Shown here one piece after another: positions 42,738-54,300 of a stretch of DNA of 64,000 bases (the stretch's first letter is position 1; every line of letters starts with the position of its first letter). A model generated the notes under the pieces. The model did no database searches, was not told the DNA's origin, and saw only the letters and a program-made list of their open reading frames with translations. The stretch is from Promethearchaeota archaeon (lineage in GTDB: Archaea; Asgardarchaeota; Heimdallarchaeia; Hodarchaeales; Hodarchaeaceae). The stretch spans positions 320,001 to 384,000 of the forward strand of contig JBHLMN010000001.1 in assembly GCA_048938105.1 (NCBI GenBank), in the 5' to 3' direction. The translations under genes were made by a program, and so were the position numbers.

Positions 42738-43511
42738 CTATGAATGTGGAAGTGGTAATGAATTCCCATTATTTCTCAAAAGTATTATTAATTCTTCTAG
42801 CGTGTTTATAATAAATGATTCCACCATCCCCATAATTTTTTTGAAACATTGAACCATTTCTTTGTCTTGAAACCCTGGATTAAAAAATGTGTCGCGTAAA
42901 ATCAATTGGGTTTGAGCAGAAAAAGAATAAGTTAATTGTGAGAAAGAAGGAGGAGTAAGATTTCCATAATTTGCGATATCCTCATGTGTTCCATGATTTC
43001 TAATCTTAATTAAGACATAATACCATCCATTAATATTCCAAGGTTCTATACCTATTTTTGTCTCCCATAGATTTCTTAGATTACATGATGTAGGTCTAGA
43101 TAGAAGTTTTGTAACAACATCACGAGGGTAATAGATGTCATGAGACATTGTATACTCGAACATCTCAACAATTAACTTTGAAATAATATCTATAGCGCTT
43201 TTAAGATTGTATGTTAGATTATCAATAGAAAAAACAATGATGAAAGGAATTTGATGTCTTTCTTTAATCTGAATTTTCCCCAACGTGATGGGAAATTGTT
43301 GTTTCACGTCAGGGTATTTTTTTGAAACATCATTCCAACGATAAATCAATGAAAGATCGACTTGATTAAGTAAACTGAAAAAAATTTCTGCAGCAGCCAC
43401 TTTTTGGTTTATTGAAAATAGATTATTCGTTATTTTTTCTTTTACAGGATGATCTAATGTTGATATTCCAGTAATAATATTGATTAGATCCTCTACTTTT
43501 TGTTGTAACAT
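42738..43511 (-). CDS. HEPN domain protein (Cthe_2314-like)
   Basis: LKSAIDII helix and RxxxxH motif RNHGTH (42984-43001); start overlaps the upstream stop (TAATG). Confidence 0.7.
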   Translation of the reverse strand: MLQQKVEDLINIITGISTLDHPVKEKITNNLFSINQKVAAAEIFFSLLNQVDLSLIYRWNDVSKKYPDVKQQFPITLGKIQIKERHQIPFIIVFSIDNLTYNLKSAIDIISKLIVEMFEYTMSHDIYYPRDVVTKLLSRPTSCNLRNLWETKIGIEPWNINGWYYVLIKIRNHGTHEDIANYGNLTPPSFSQLTYSFSAQTQLILRDTFFNPGFQDKEMVQCFKKIMGMVESFIINTLEELIILLRNNGNSLPLPHS

Positions 43512-46500
43512 TAACTTTCCTCCTCCAGAGATTCTTTTTCACGCTTTAAATCATATTTAACTTCTTGGATGAGTATTTGTCTTAGTTGAATTCCCCATTC
43601 ATCATCTCCAGGTTTATAATCTTCAAGAACTTTCTTTTTTCGCATTATTTCATGCATTCCACTAGTTCCTGTCACAAAACTCGCAATTATACTTTTCTTA
43701 ACTTCGGATTCTCCTTTTGAAGCCATGAAAACATGTTTAAATACTTCTAGAAGATTTTGATCAAACTTATACCAGTTCATAATCGTAGGTATCATCCATA
43801 AATTTTTTACCTGTAAAGAATTAATGAAATCTATCAAAAGCGATTTACCGAGATCAGTAAGAGGTTGTTCTACTCCAACTGAACCTGTAACAAGTTTTTG
43901 GAGTAACTGTGATATTATAATCTGTATTGAATAATCGGAAAGATTGTTTTTCAAATAATTCAATACTCTCCTAATATTTTCCTTTTGTATATCATTTGGT
44001 AATGAATTTACTTTGTCAAAATAAAGATGAAATCTCGGAATTGCGGAATAACCAGATCTTTGAAATTCTTCAGGATTTTCTTTCAAAAATTCAATTCTAT
44101 TTATGAAAAATTCTGTAGTGAAACATAAATGAACTGGAACTAGTTTTGAAAAAATGAAATCTATTTCGTAAGAAGCAAATCGTTCAAGATCAGGTATACT
44201 GATTAATTGATGAATTAGAATCTTTAAAAATGAGATATGTTCCTCTTCCCATGTTTCAAGTCTAGTATACAAATCAAAGATAGCTAAAATTACTTCTTCT
44301 TGTGATATATCCATATTTGTGAGAATTTCAAAGCAATAATTGGGATCAGATTTCCACCAAAGACTGAGAACTCCAATTATTTTTGATTGATAAATTTCAG
44401 GTTTTTCTTTTCTAATTTTACTAATGTTGCTTTTTAGAAGTTCTATATTTGTATCATGGATTTTTCTGGCACGAAAGGAATCTAATACTACTTCAATACC
44501 GTAAGGTGAGTTTAAAGAATATAAATATTCAATAAAATTATTAAATTGTTCCATGCGTGATATTCTTAATCCTGCAAGTATGTAACCAAATAAAGTGGGA
44601 TCAGGAAACTTTGATTTCTCTATTATTAATTTTATGGCTCCAATTGAATAATCGGGCAACATTTCACCCATATTCAATAAAAACTGCCCAAGAATAAAGT
44701 TCAGAGATTTATATGATTCGGATTTCGTGAATTTTACAAGAAACTCAACAAATTCTTCTTCTGAAAAGGAATTTATAATTTTTAATTGTACAGACCACTC
44801 AGATTTGCTTAATGTATGAAAAGAAAATCTTAAATCTTTCAAGATCTTAAGGAAGTTTAAATTTATATTTGAACTTATAATTTGGTTTAATTCATTTAAA
44901 GGATCGTCCCATTTCGTTGAATTCTTGCTTATTGTTTTTACGATAGAATTTATTCCCTTCACTATTGATAAAGAAGATGTGTTATCTTTAATTGTGTCGA
45001 TAAACGAGAAAATCATCTTAATTTCGGTATCAGTTGGGAAATCAGATGTTCCTAACTCATTAGAGAGATTATAATTCCAATGAAGTGTGGAACTCAATTC
45101 TGTGAGTCCTTTTTCAATATAACTCTCCTTATCAGTATTCCTTATAATATTAAGAAGTGTATCCAAGGATTTTTCCCGTAATTTTTCAATCGTAGGAGAT
45201 TTAGTTATTTTTCCAGTTTTTATTATAGCTTTATTCAAATCTTCTGGAGATATATATATTTCCCTAAATTCGATATTTAGAACCACACATAATAATTCAA
45301 AAATAATTTCCGCTTCTTTTGAGGAACTTAACTGGTTGAATGTTTTTTCAACCCATTCTAACGCTTTAAATTGATATTTCAACGGTTTCCTGGTATTATA
45401 CTCAAATTGTGATTTAAGAAGACTGATTGCCTTATCAGACACATATTTTGCTGAATCAAGACATAGGGGATAAAGTAAACTTAGAAATCTTTCGAAATAA
45501 AGGAAATGATACATAATATCATTAAGAACGTCAATTATACTTTTTTTATAGATGTCAGAACTTATTCCTGATGATTTGAAGCTTTCTTCATCTAATGATT
45601 CAGATTTACTGATTAAATTCTGCACCATCTCCAATGTAAAATCTGGTTTATAAAAAGCAATAACTTTGAGATAATCTAGGATATCAATTCTTTCTAGAAT
45701 GTTACCATCTTTACAAACTTTTTCGATAAAATCGAGAAAAGGATGTAGCATCGAAGTTTGAAAGTCAGTTTGAAGTTTGTAGTCAATTTTAATTATATTT
45801 CTTAGAACATTAAGCGGTCTAGCTTTTAAAAGTTCTAATATTATCCCTTGCCATGTTTTTGAAATTTTCCCAGTTTCATATTGAATATTGCTCCAAATGA
45901 CTATATCTGAGAGAATGGGAAGGTTGAATCGAATTTTACCTAAACTAATTCTAACTATTCTTTCTTCAGAAAATTGCTGTAATAAGTTCTCAAACCTGAT
46001 GACATTTAGATCTGCTAATTCAGCAATTTTTTCAAAAAGTTGATTATCATATACAGGAAGTGGCTCAACAAGCGCAATTATGGTTAAAATATTTTTTTGA
46101 GTTGCATCAAAATCCTTGGTGTATCTTTTAGCCAACTTTTCATAAAGATTCGCTGAAGGAAATGCAAGGTCATGTTTTTTTAAATCAATAAGGTATAGAA
46201 GGATACCAGGATTTCCTCGAGCTTGATTCCAGTACATTTGAAGTAGATAATCATCGGTAATATTAAAATTTTCACGGAGATGATGTGTGAAGTCTTTTCT
46301 AGACAATCTTTTTAACTCATGATCTTTAATTTCCAAATTCAATTCAATAATTTCGTAAATTACCTTCTGTTTTGATGCTGTATCGCAAAAAAGGAGAATT
46401 TTGATCTTTTGGTCTTCTTGAAAATTTCCTAATATGCGAACAAAGGTACGTAAGTTGTTGAAATGTTCTGTATCGTCTAAAATGATAAGAACATTTTTAT

Positions 46501-47254
46501 CAAAATTAATTTCACTAAAATGCTGATCTAACGATTCTGTGTCGGAAAGTAAATGATAAACATTCCAATTTTTTTTTTCGCTTATTTTTTTCGAAATTTC
46601 TATTCCTAATCGGCTTTTTCCTATTCCTTTATTTCCAAATACAACTAAGAGTAAACCACTGTCTTCAAGAAACTCTATAATAGATTTAACATCATTTTTT
46701 CTTCCATAAATTGGTTTACCATAAATAATATCATTCAATGATGAAAGGTATTCACTAGAAGGAATGAAAGCTGGTTGATATTGGAAAAAATATCGTGATC
46801 TGAGAAGTGGATATTTCATCAAAAGATTCTCAATGTCTTTTAACTCCCAGATTCTAAACTTAATATCTGACTGGTTTGAAAATAATTCATCTAATTGTTC
46901 TCTATCAGATTTCGTCAGGTTAACGTTTATTAAATAGATTATAAAATTCAATTCTTTAGAAATTAAATTCTTAGAATGTTGTTTTATAGCATTCTTAATT
47001 CTTTTTCTTCTTTGTTCTAATCCAAATTCAAAAGAAATAGTTTTGACCTCAAATCTCCACATTCCTTTTTCCTTCAAATACTCCCCTTGATAATAAGCAT
47101 CAAAACCACCATCTTTCAATTTACCATATGAAATCACATCAGGAGAGATCTCATGTTTAAGCAAATGAATACATAATTCTTCGAACTTATCCCAGTTAAT
47201 TCTCTCCCATTTGAAGATCGGTTTAGGATCCCACACATATTGAGCTTCTTTCAT
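43511..47254 (-). CDS. Avs-like antiviral STAND NTPase with N-terminal Mrr-like nuclease
   Basis: FEELC..LL...DGGFDA...EVK nuclease, Walker A GNKGIGKS, Walker B LIILDD, GxP (GNPG), long helical C-terminus. Confidence 0.82.
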   Translation of the reverse strand: MKEAQYVWDPKPIFKWERINWDKFEELCIHLLKHEISPDVISYGKLKDGGFDAYYQGEYLKEKGMWRFEVKTISFEFGLEQRRKRIKNAIKQHSKNLISKELNFIIYLINVNLTKSDREQLDELFSNQSDIKFRIWELKDIENLLMKYPLLRSRYFFQYQPAFIPSSEYLSSLNDIIYGKPIYGRKNDVKSIIEFLEDSGLLLVVFGNKGIGKSRLGIEISKKISEKKNWNVYHLLSDTESLDQHFSEINFDKNVLIILDDTEHFNNLRTFVRILGNFQEDQKIKILLFCDTASKQKVIYEIIELNLEIKDHELKRLSRKDFTHHLRENFNITDDYLLQMYWNQARGNPGILLYLIDLKKHDLAFPSANLYEKLAKRYTKDFDATQKNILTIIALVEPLPVYDNQLFEKIAELADLNVIRFENLLQQFSEERIVRISLGKIRFNLPILSDIVIWSNIQYETGKISKTWQGIILELLKARPLNVLRNIIKIDYKLQTDFQTSMLHPFLDFIEKVCKDGNILERIDILDYLKVIAFYKPDFTLEMVQNLISKSESLDEESFKSSGISSDIYKKSIIDVLNDIMYHFLYFERFLSLLYPLCLDSAKYVSDKAISLLKSQFEYNTRKPLKYQFKALEWVEKTFNQLSSSKEAEIIFELLCVVLNIEFREIYISPEDLNKAIIKTGKITKSPTIEKLREKSLDTLLNIIRNTDKESYIEKGLTELSSTLHWNYNLSNELGTSDFPTDTEIKMIFSFIDTIKDNTSSLSIVKGINSIVKTISKNSTKWDDPLNELNQIISSNINLNFLKILKDLRFSFHTLSKSEWSVQLKIINSFSEEEFVEFLVKFTKSESYKSLNFILGQFLLNMGEMLPDYSIGAIKLIIEKSKFPDPTLFGYILAGLRISRMEQFNNFIEYLYSLNSPYGIEVVLDSFRARKIHDTNIELLKSNISKIRKEKPEIYQSKIIGVLSLWWKSDPNYCFEILTNMDISQEEVILAIFDLYTRLETWEEEHISFLKILIHQLISIPDLERFASYEIDFIFSKLVPVHLCFTTEFFINRIEFLKENPEEFQRSGYSAIPRFHLYFDKVNSLPNDIQKENIRRVLNYLKNNLSDYSIQIIISQLLQKLVTGSVGVEQPLTDLGKSLLIDFINSLQVKNLWMIPTIMNWYKFDQNLLEVFKHVFMASKGESEVKKSIIASFVTGTSGMHEIMRKKKVLEDYKPGDDEWGIQLRQILIQEVKYDLKREKESLEEES

Positions 47255-47534
47255 TAACTTTCTTTAGCTCCTATGAGTTGTTAAATGTTATTTCTCTTTT
47301 TAGAGGGCCTAAAAACTTATCTCAGACTTTCCTCTTATACTTTATACGTTTTCCCATCCAATAAGCCTCATTTTAACTATTATTCTTCATCTAACCTAAG
47401 ATTTTTCTTCATTTTAACATATAAAAATGAGACATTGAATTCTCAATCTCATGTATGTTTGTAGTTATTTAAGTATATACTTGAAATTCAAAGTATAAAT
47501 ACTACTAATCGCGTTAAAGAGGTAGAGGTACAAT

Positions 47535-47864
47535 TCAGGGTAGTGAAATTCCTTTTTTTATCCTAATGTCACTATAATCTCTCTTTTTCATTCGATATAG
47601 GTAATAGAAGATAAATAATGTTCCTAGTCCAAAAAAAAGCAAAGCCAAGTCAGTAGTAACAATTAAATAATCAGTAACTTCATTTACAATTCCTGTCACA
47701 CTGATGAAAGCAAAAAAACCAGATATAGCATACATAATAGATACAAAATGCCTTAACCGAACAAGATAAAGATGTTCGTGCTTTAATGTCATAATTGCCG
47801 CAGTAATTGTTATAGCATTTAACAAACCTATATTGATGTTAAGAAGAATACCTAAATCAGTCAA
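47535..47864 (-). CDS. Small membrane protein (~3 TM)
   Basis: Three hydrophobic segments and a basic tail; 12-nt gap to the upstream gene. Confidence 0.6.
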   Translation of the reverse strand: MTDLGILLNINIGLLNAITITAAIMTLKHEHLYLVRLRHFVSIMYAISGFFAFISVTGIVNEVTDYLIVTTDLALLFFGLGTLFIFYYLYRMKKRDYSDIRIKKGISLP

Positions 47865-47876
47865 AAAAATTCTCTT

Positions 47877-48107
47877 CTATGCTTTAGTCATTGCCTTTAA
47901 AATCACTAAAATCCCGATGAATAAAAAAACTACTAATAGTACTTCCAAAGGGATACCCAGAGTCTCCACAACTCCAGAAAGATCAGTTGTAACTCCCTGA
48001 AAGAAGGCATTGAAATCAAATCCTTCAGTTTGTACAAACAAAACTGAAGCAACAATAAGAATTATTATCCCTAAGCCGAATAAATAGAAATGATGACTCC
48101 ATTTCAA
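47877..48107 (-). CDS. Small membrane protein (2 TM)
   Basis: Two hydrophobic helices; GGGAG upstream. Confidence 0.55.
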   Translation of the reverse strand: MKWSHHFYLFGLGIIILIVASVLFVQTEGFDFNAFFQGVTTDLSGVVETLGIPLEVLLVVFLFIGILVILKAMTKA

Positions 48108-48300
48108 GTTTTAATTTCTCCCATGTTTATTTTATCTCACATTAAGTTTTGAATTGGATATATTCTACAGTAGTAATCTCTCATCTTACGTTATCTCGAA
48201 ATTGTCTTCAGAAATCAAGAATCAGTTCCAAATATTTTTCATGTTCCCAAATTATTTTTACGATTTTTCCCAATTTTTTTCCATCTTGATATTTACATAA

Positions 48301-51300
48301 TTAGCCGCACTTAGAATAACCACAAACTCGACAAAGAATGCATCCTTCACTATGCTCTACAATATTCCCACATTCTGGACATTCTGGTCGTAAACCTGAA
48401 GTGGTATGAGATAGATAAATTGTATTTCCCCCAGAACTAAAATCATTTTCTTCGGTTTCCCTAACTTGAACACTCTCATTCTTATGATTATTAACGCTAT
48501 AGCGGTTTATGAAACGTTCTACAGCCTTAGCTACTGCATCAGCGCAAGACAATATTGGTCCTTCTGAACCAAATGTAGGAGAAGGGCAACGAATGGATTT
48601 AAGTTGCATGATGATTTCATCTGGTTCAATCCTACTTCGAAGCGCGAGTGAAATTAAACGACCCATTGATTCAATATGTGATGCAACACAACCCCCAGAT
48701 TTACCCAGTGACAAAAACAGTTCAGCTAATCCCTCCTCATCCTCATTGATAGTTATAAATAAGTTTGTTCCACAACCCACACGAACTCGTTCAGTGACTC
48801 CACGGGTAACATCTGGTCTATACCTAGGTTTCTTTGATGAAATAACCTTATCTGATTTGGTTTTTACTTCGTTGGTACCTTTCTTAGACAAAACATCATA
48901 AGAGCGAGAACCAGAACGGTATACTGTTAGCCCTTTACATCCCAATTTGTAAGCCAACATATAGGCATTATTAATATCAGCCACAGTTGCTTCCTTGGGA
49001 AAATTGATGGTATTATGGGACACGATACCGTTTACGAGGTACGTATGAGAATTCTTAACCTCAACATCAAATAGTGGAATATCTCCAATGTCTTCGATGG
49101 ATGTTACTTTCTCAACAGCAGCAATAATTCTAAGATTAAGAGATTTCGCTACAGTATTCCAACAGTACTCTCGTTTTGATTGTTTTAACCATCTTAAATT
49201 GCTATAATACTCGTCTGAAGTTGGAAGAGTTTTTTCTTGGACTTCATTGGGATCAATCAAGACAAAATATTTTTTATAATGTGGTGGCGACCTTTTATGT
49301 TCTTCAATTGGTGTTATTATACCTTGCAGTTCATTACTAATTTCAACATAATAATAAATACCATATCCTTTGACTTTTTTCTGGCCTTGGTATATATATG
49401 GGAGACCAAAACTTCTAAGTAATTCTGAAATCTGATAAGCTAATCGTTTAGACATACCCCCATATACAACTAATCCTCTATTTTTTTTAAGATAACCATC
49501 GAGTGTAACACCTTCTAAGAACGCTTTCTTTTCTTCGGCGCTACCCTCGAGTATTTGTTTCGGAACATGTTTATTTCTTGCTTTGACTCCAATTAAACTT
49601 CTGACAAATCGAACTAAAGCTCTTGATGTAATAACGTGAGAAATCACATTATTTCGTTTATCTTTTATAAGTCGGGGTTTTTCCTCAAAAATCTCCATTG
49701 AGAGAATATCAAAAAGATCCCCTACATTACTATTATTCTCAACAAGAGCTACTGCTCCAGTACTCTCTACCATAGATCCATCTGCAGCTAGCATTCCTAG
49801 CCAACGTGCGAGGAGTGCATCCATCTTCTTTGGTAATTGTACTATATTAGAACTAGTTTTAAATTCATGATTAAAATCAATCGTTTTTCCCCCTTCGGTG
49901 TGAATAGGTGGAGAATTGTGTCTGACAACTACTAGATCCCCCTTTTTTAGATTTGAAAGTGTTTTCCATCCACTAGAAGTCATAATGTTATGAGTAGTTT
50001 TTGCACCAATAATTTTAGATCCATTTCTAAGCATAATTTCAACAGAAGAATGTTTTCCTGCACTATAATGAGAAATAACCTTTTTTAATTGTCCTTCTTT
50101 ACCATCAATAACATACAAATCAGGTAATGGGCTATCGAATTCATCAACACCATTGGCAAATCCGCATTCTGCTACTGGAACTAAACCTTTGTTAGTTGGC
50201 AAAAGAGTATCTCCAGCTATACACTTACTCACAGCATTGTCCACTCCTGATGTTTGGAACGCTGCTTGCATTCGAACATGCCACTCTGGGGAGATATCGT
50301 GTGCTGTAACAAAGGTTTGACGTATTTCCTCAGGTATTTCTGCCATTTCTGCAATTGAACCTGTTGCTGCGATTTTTTCCATCAGGTCTTGCGAATAAAA
50401 ACCCTGGCTTTTTGCTATCTCAACGAAAAAAGGATACCCTTCCACTAAAATATCGTCATCTAAAACTCGCCGTTCATAAGTTAGCATAAATAATGGTTCG
50501 ATTCCACTTGAACAGCCTGCTATGATCGATATGGTACCAGTTGGAGCTATTGTAGTTAATGTGGCATTTCGCATCATTGGATACTTTTCAGCAAAAATAC
50601 TCTTGTTAAAATTAGGAAATGACCCCCGTTCTTGGGCAAGCTTCTGCGACTCACGAATAGCAATTGTACGAATGTAGCTCATTACACGTTTAGCCAATTC
50701 TATACCTTTTTCTGAATTATAGGGGATTCCAACTTTAATTAATAAATCCGCGAATCCCATAATTCCAAGACCTATTTTTCGGTTTCTTTTCGTCATTTCC
50801 TCAATTTCAGGCAAAGGAAAACTTGAAACATCAATTACATTGTCTAGAAATCGCACTGCTAAGGTTATAATCCGTTCAAGATGATCATAATCTATATGAT
50901 ATTTTAGTGGATCAATAGGATCCTTTTTAACCATCTTACTAAGATTTATAGAGCCTAGATTGCATGATTCGTACGCTAACAGAGGCTGTTCTCCGCAGTT
51001 CTGTGTTTTGACGAATTTGATCTTCGTCCTCTCTCCAACTTGTTCTCCAAACCCTCCAATGAAAAAACAATGAAATTCATCCACTGTACCGTTATAAACA
51101 TCCTCCTTTCCTAGATATTTAACGTTTACAACTTTATCATTATACATGGTTGAATGTTCTTTAAGCTCTCTATAATTTTTAAATCCAAATTTTGTTCCTA
51201 ATCTGAACGGGATAGAAGATTGTTTGCATGAGTTTTCCCATTCCTTTTTAAAAGGTTCTCTGTTTAACTTTTCTTTCAATTCAAGATAACATAGTATTTG

Positions 51301-54300
51301 TTTCATCCTTTTTTCTTCAGCAAGATTTTTGTATGTTTTTCTTACACCAAGAGTTCTTTTGATGATCATTTCTTTTTCCGAATTGAAATATTTCATGAAA
51401 CAATTTCTGTTACAATAGCTGATTTCTCTTTCGTTAAAACTGATATGAAATAGCTTCCCACAATGCTCACAAGTCTTTTCAACCATAACACTATTGCCAT
51501 TTAAAAAGCATTTGAGATCTGTCTTTTGTTGACATTTTTCTAGCTTTCTTAAGGCCCTCTGATGAAATCCTATCCGAGATTTTTTGATATATGTAGGATC
51601 CTTCCATTTTTCACGAGAGATCTTTGAGAGTAGGAGTCTTTGTTCTGGATTATTTTCATATGATTGTTTCCGTGATAAGCTTATTTTTCTCTTTGTTTCT
51701 TCTGAAACTTCAACACCATATCTTGGGTTATTTTTTCCAGCTGTGTGATAAAAAGGATTTTCTTCTAGGTACTTTTTCCACTTCCTAGGATCAGCTTTTA
51801 TTTGGAATATGGGATTCTTTCTCCCTTTCATGGATATACCGTGTAAAGCATCATGTTCATTAACATGCATTATCTGAAGGTTTTCTGGTGAATTATTTTC
51901 AGAATCAAAATCTATATGATGAACTATATGATCTTTAGGTATTGGATTATCATTATTATGAAAAAATTTTGCAATTAGTGTATGTTCTGATTTTTCAGAC
52001 CGACCTCGGTTATACATTCTCATGTATTTCTTGTGAGGATTAACGGAATATTTCCCTCTTTGATATTGTAGTACTTTTGTTAAGATATGTAAACTATCTC
52101 CAGATTGTAATTCATCTGTTCGTTTTATGGTTCCGTTCCTAAGATAAAATCTATGATTGGCTGTTGTTTTTAAAATCTCCCCAGAATCCAGAAGTACTTG
52201 GTATACAGGAACCTTTTTTCCTGTTAATCTTGGCCTTCTCATGATTCTAACTGTTATTTTTCCTTGATCATCTTCAGTAAATACAGGAACATCATTTCCT
52301 TCCTTAGCTAATTGTTTCATTGGAACAGCTGATCTACCATCAGCTGTTGCTATCAATGTATCCCCAGTTATACAAGGGTTTGTTGCTTCGATTTTAGCCA
52401 GATCGGGAGTTGGATTTGCAGCATTAATTCGATCTAGAAAAATTATTCCTGGTTCCCCGTTTTTATGGGCCATTTTTACAATTTCATCGAAAACAACTCT
52501 CGCCTTTAACCGAGTTACCTCTTCTGAATTACGAGGATTTACCAACGCATAATCTTTGTCATTGAGTACAGCTTCCATAAATTCCTCAGTAAGCCCAACA
52601 GAGATATTGAAATTATTTAAAGTGCTTAAGTCCTCCTTACAACGAATGAAGTCCATGATATCGGGATGATCAACTCTTAAAATCCCCATATTTGCCCCCC
52701 GACGCCTGTTATGAACGAGAATGCCATTTGCTACAAATTGATTTGAACCTGGAACTTCAATATCCATTGTATGCGATTTGGTCCATTTAAGACTCTTAAC
52801 TTGAGTAAAATAATATTTTGGATCAGAAATTTTAGTAAAATGCTCATTATTCCTGATAATATCGAATTTTTCTTGAAGAAAGCTCAGTCTTTTTCTTGTT
52901 AAATTTCTTCTATGGGATGGATCACCTATATAATGCTGAATGGCTCTATAGAACCTCCTATCAGCTCCTCTCTTTCCTCTTCCTTTACCTGATCCCCTCC
53001 CAACGTATGTGTAAAGTTGTTTTAGTTTTTCTCCTTGATTTGGAATTATATCATTATACTCAAATGCTTTTTCATGATACCTAGATCGAAATGTTTCTGT
53101 CTTCCTTTTTGATATGAACCCTATCTCCTCTTTAAATACTCTCAGACTTCTATCTGAGACTAATCTTAAGGTATAAATTGGTTTTTTCCCGTAGCTATTA
53201 TCTCTTTTCTGCCGTACACTATAGCTAGATACAATATTTAATCCAAGTAACAACTGTTGTGTCTGTTCTATCAATTTTTGAGATGTTGAGTAGAGTCTGG
53301 GATACCCGTTTGTATGTGTATTCCCATCTCCCTCGAATAACCCCCTTATGAACGATTTTGCTACTTCTGGACATGATTGAAATATTTCTCTTGGAATAAA
53401 AGCGTCAGTTGATGATTTCTTCTTCCACTTCATATTTTCAAAAAATCTGCTTAGATCGTAAGAATAGAAAATTATATCAGTCCAAGAAACGTTATCCTCC
53501 TTTCTTCCAATTTTCAAGCCGAAAGAAAAGAGCATTAAATCTTCAATTCGCTGTATTAAATCAAGATCTTTGTTATCAACGCTAAAAATCATTCTTCCCC
53601 CAGTACTCAAACAACCATCGGCCATATATAATCCTAAAGTTTCACCCAGCTCAGATGTCATCGTTTCTGGAATTTTAATAGGAGTAGCATTGAAATGTTG
53701 TTCATTAATTTTGGGTAGAGAGACCTCTTTGCCATTATGACCTCCTAATACAACAATTACCCAGTCTCCGGCCTGAATTTCATTAATGGTCTTCCACACT
53801 CTTTCCCCTTTTTGATCAATACAAGCGATCTGATGATTGCAGGTTGCCTCAAGATTTAACCCAATATCAGTTTTAAGTCGTAGAACTTCAGCTATACCAT
53901 TATCCATTGAAATTAAGGCATTGGAATACGAATCTCCATCATAAACGAGGTCTTTTGTAAAGTTCTCTCCCATTGGGGGACAATCAAGTAATTCACCAAT
54001 TTCGATTACTCCTTCAGGAGTTCGTATATGACTTTTTGTTGACACACATCCGCCTTGCTTAATGATCTCTGTGGCAGAATTAAAGACCGTCATGAAAGAA
54101 ACTGGCCCACTTGCCACACCACCTGTGGTTTGGACCTTATCATTAACAGGTCGTAAATGGGAAAAGGTAAAGCCAGTGTTATGAATGACAAATAATGGGC
54201 CTTTTCCTGCTAAATAATTATTTGTATTTTCCACTGTGAAGTCATAAAACTCTTCTACGTCACCAGATTCCACTGAAGTGACTCTTACTAAAGATGGAAT

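Noticed and set aside
48509-48901. 130-aa plus-strand ORF and other short ORFs inside nrdJ, dnaK, hut, tnpB and GT2
   Set aside because: Antisense or out-of-frame shadows of well-supported genes.
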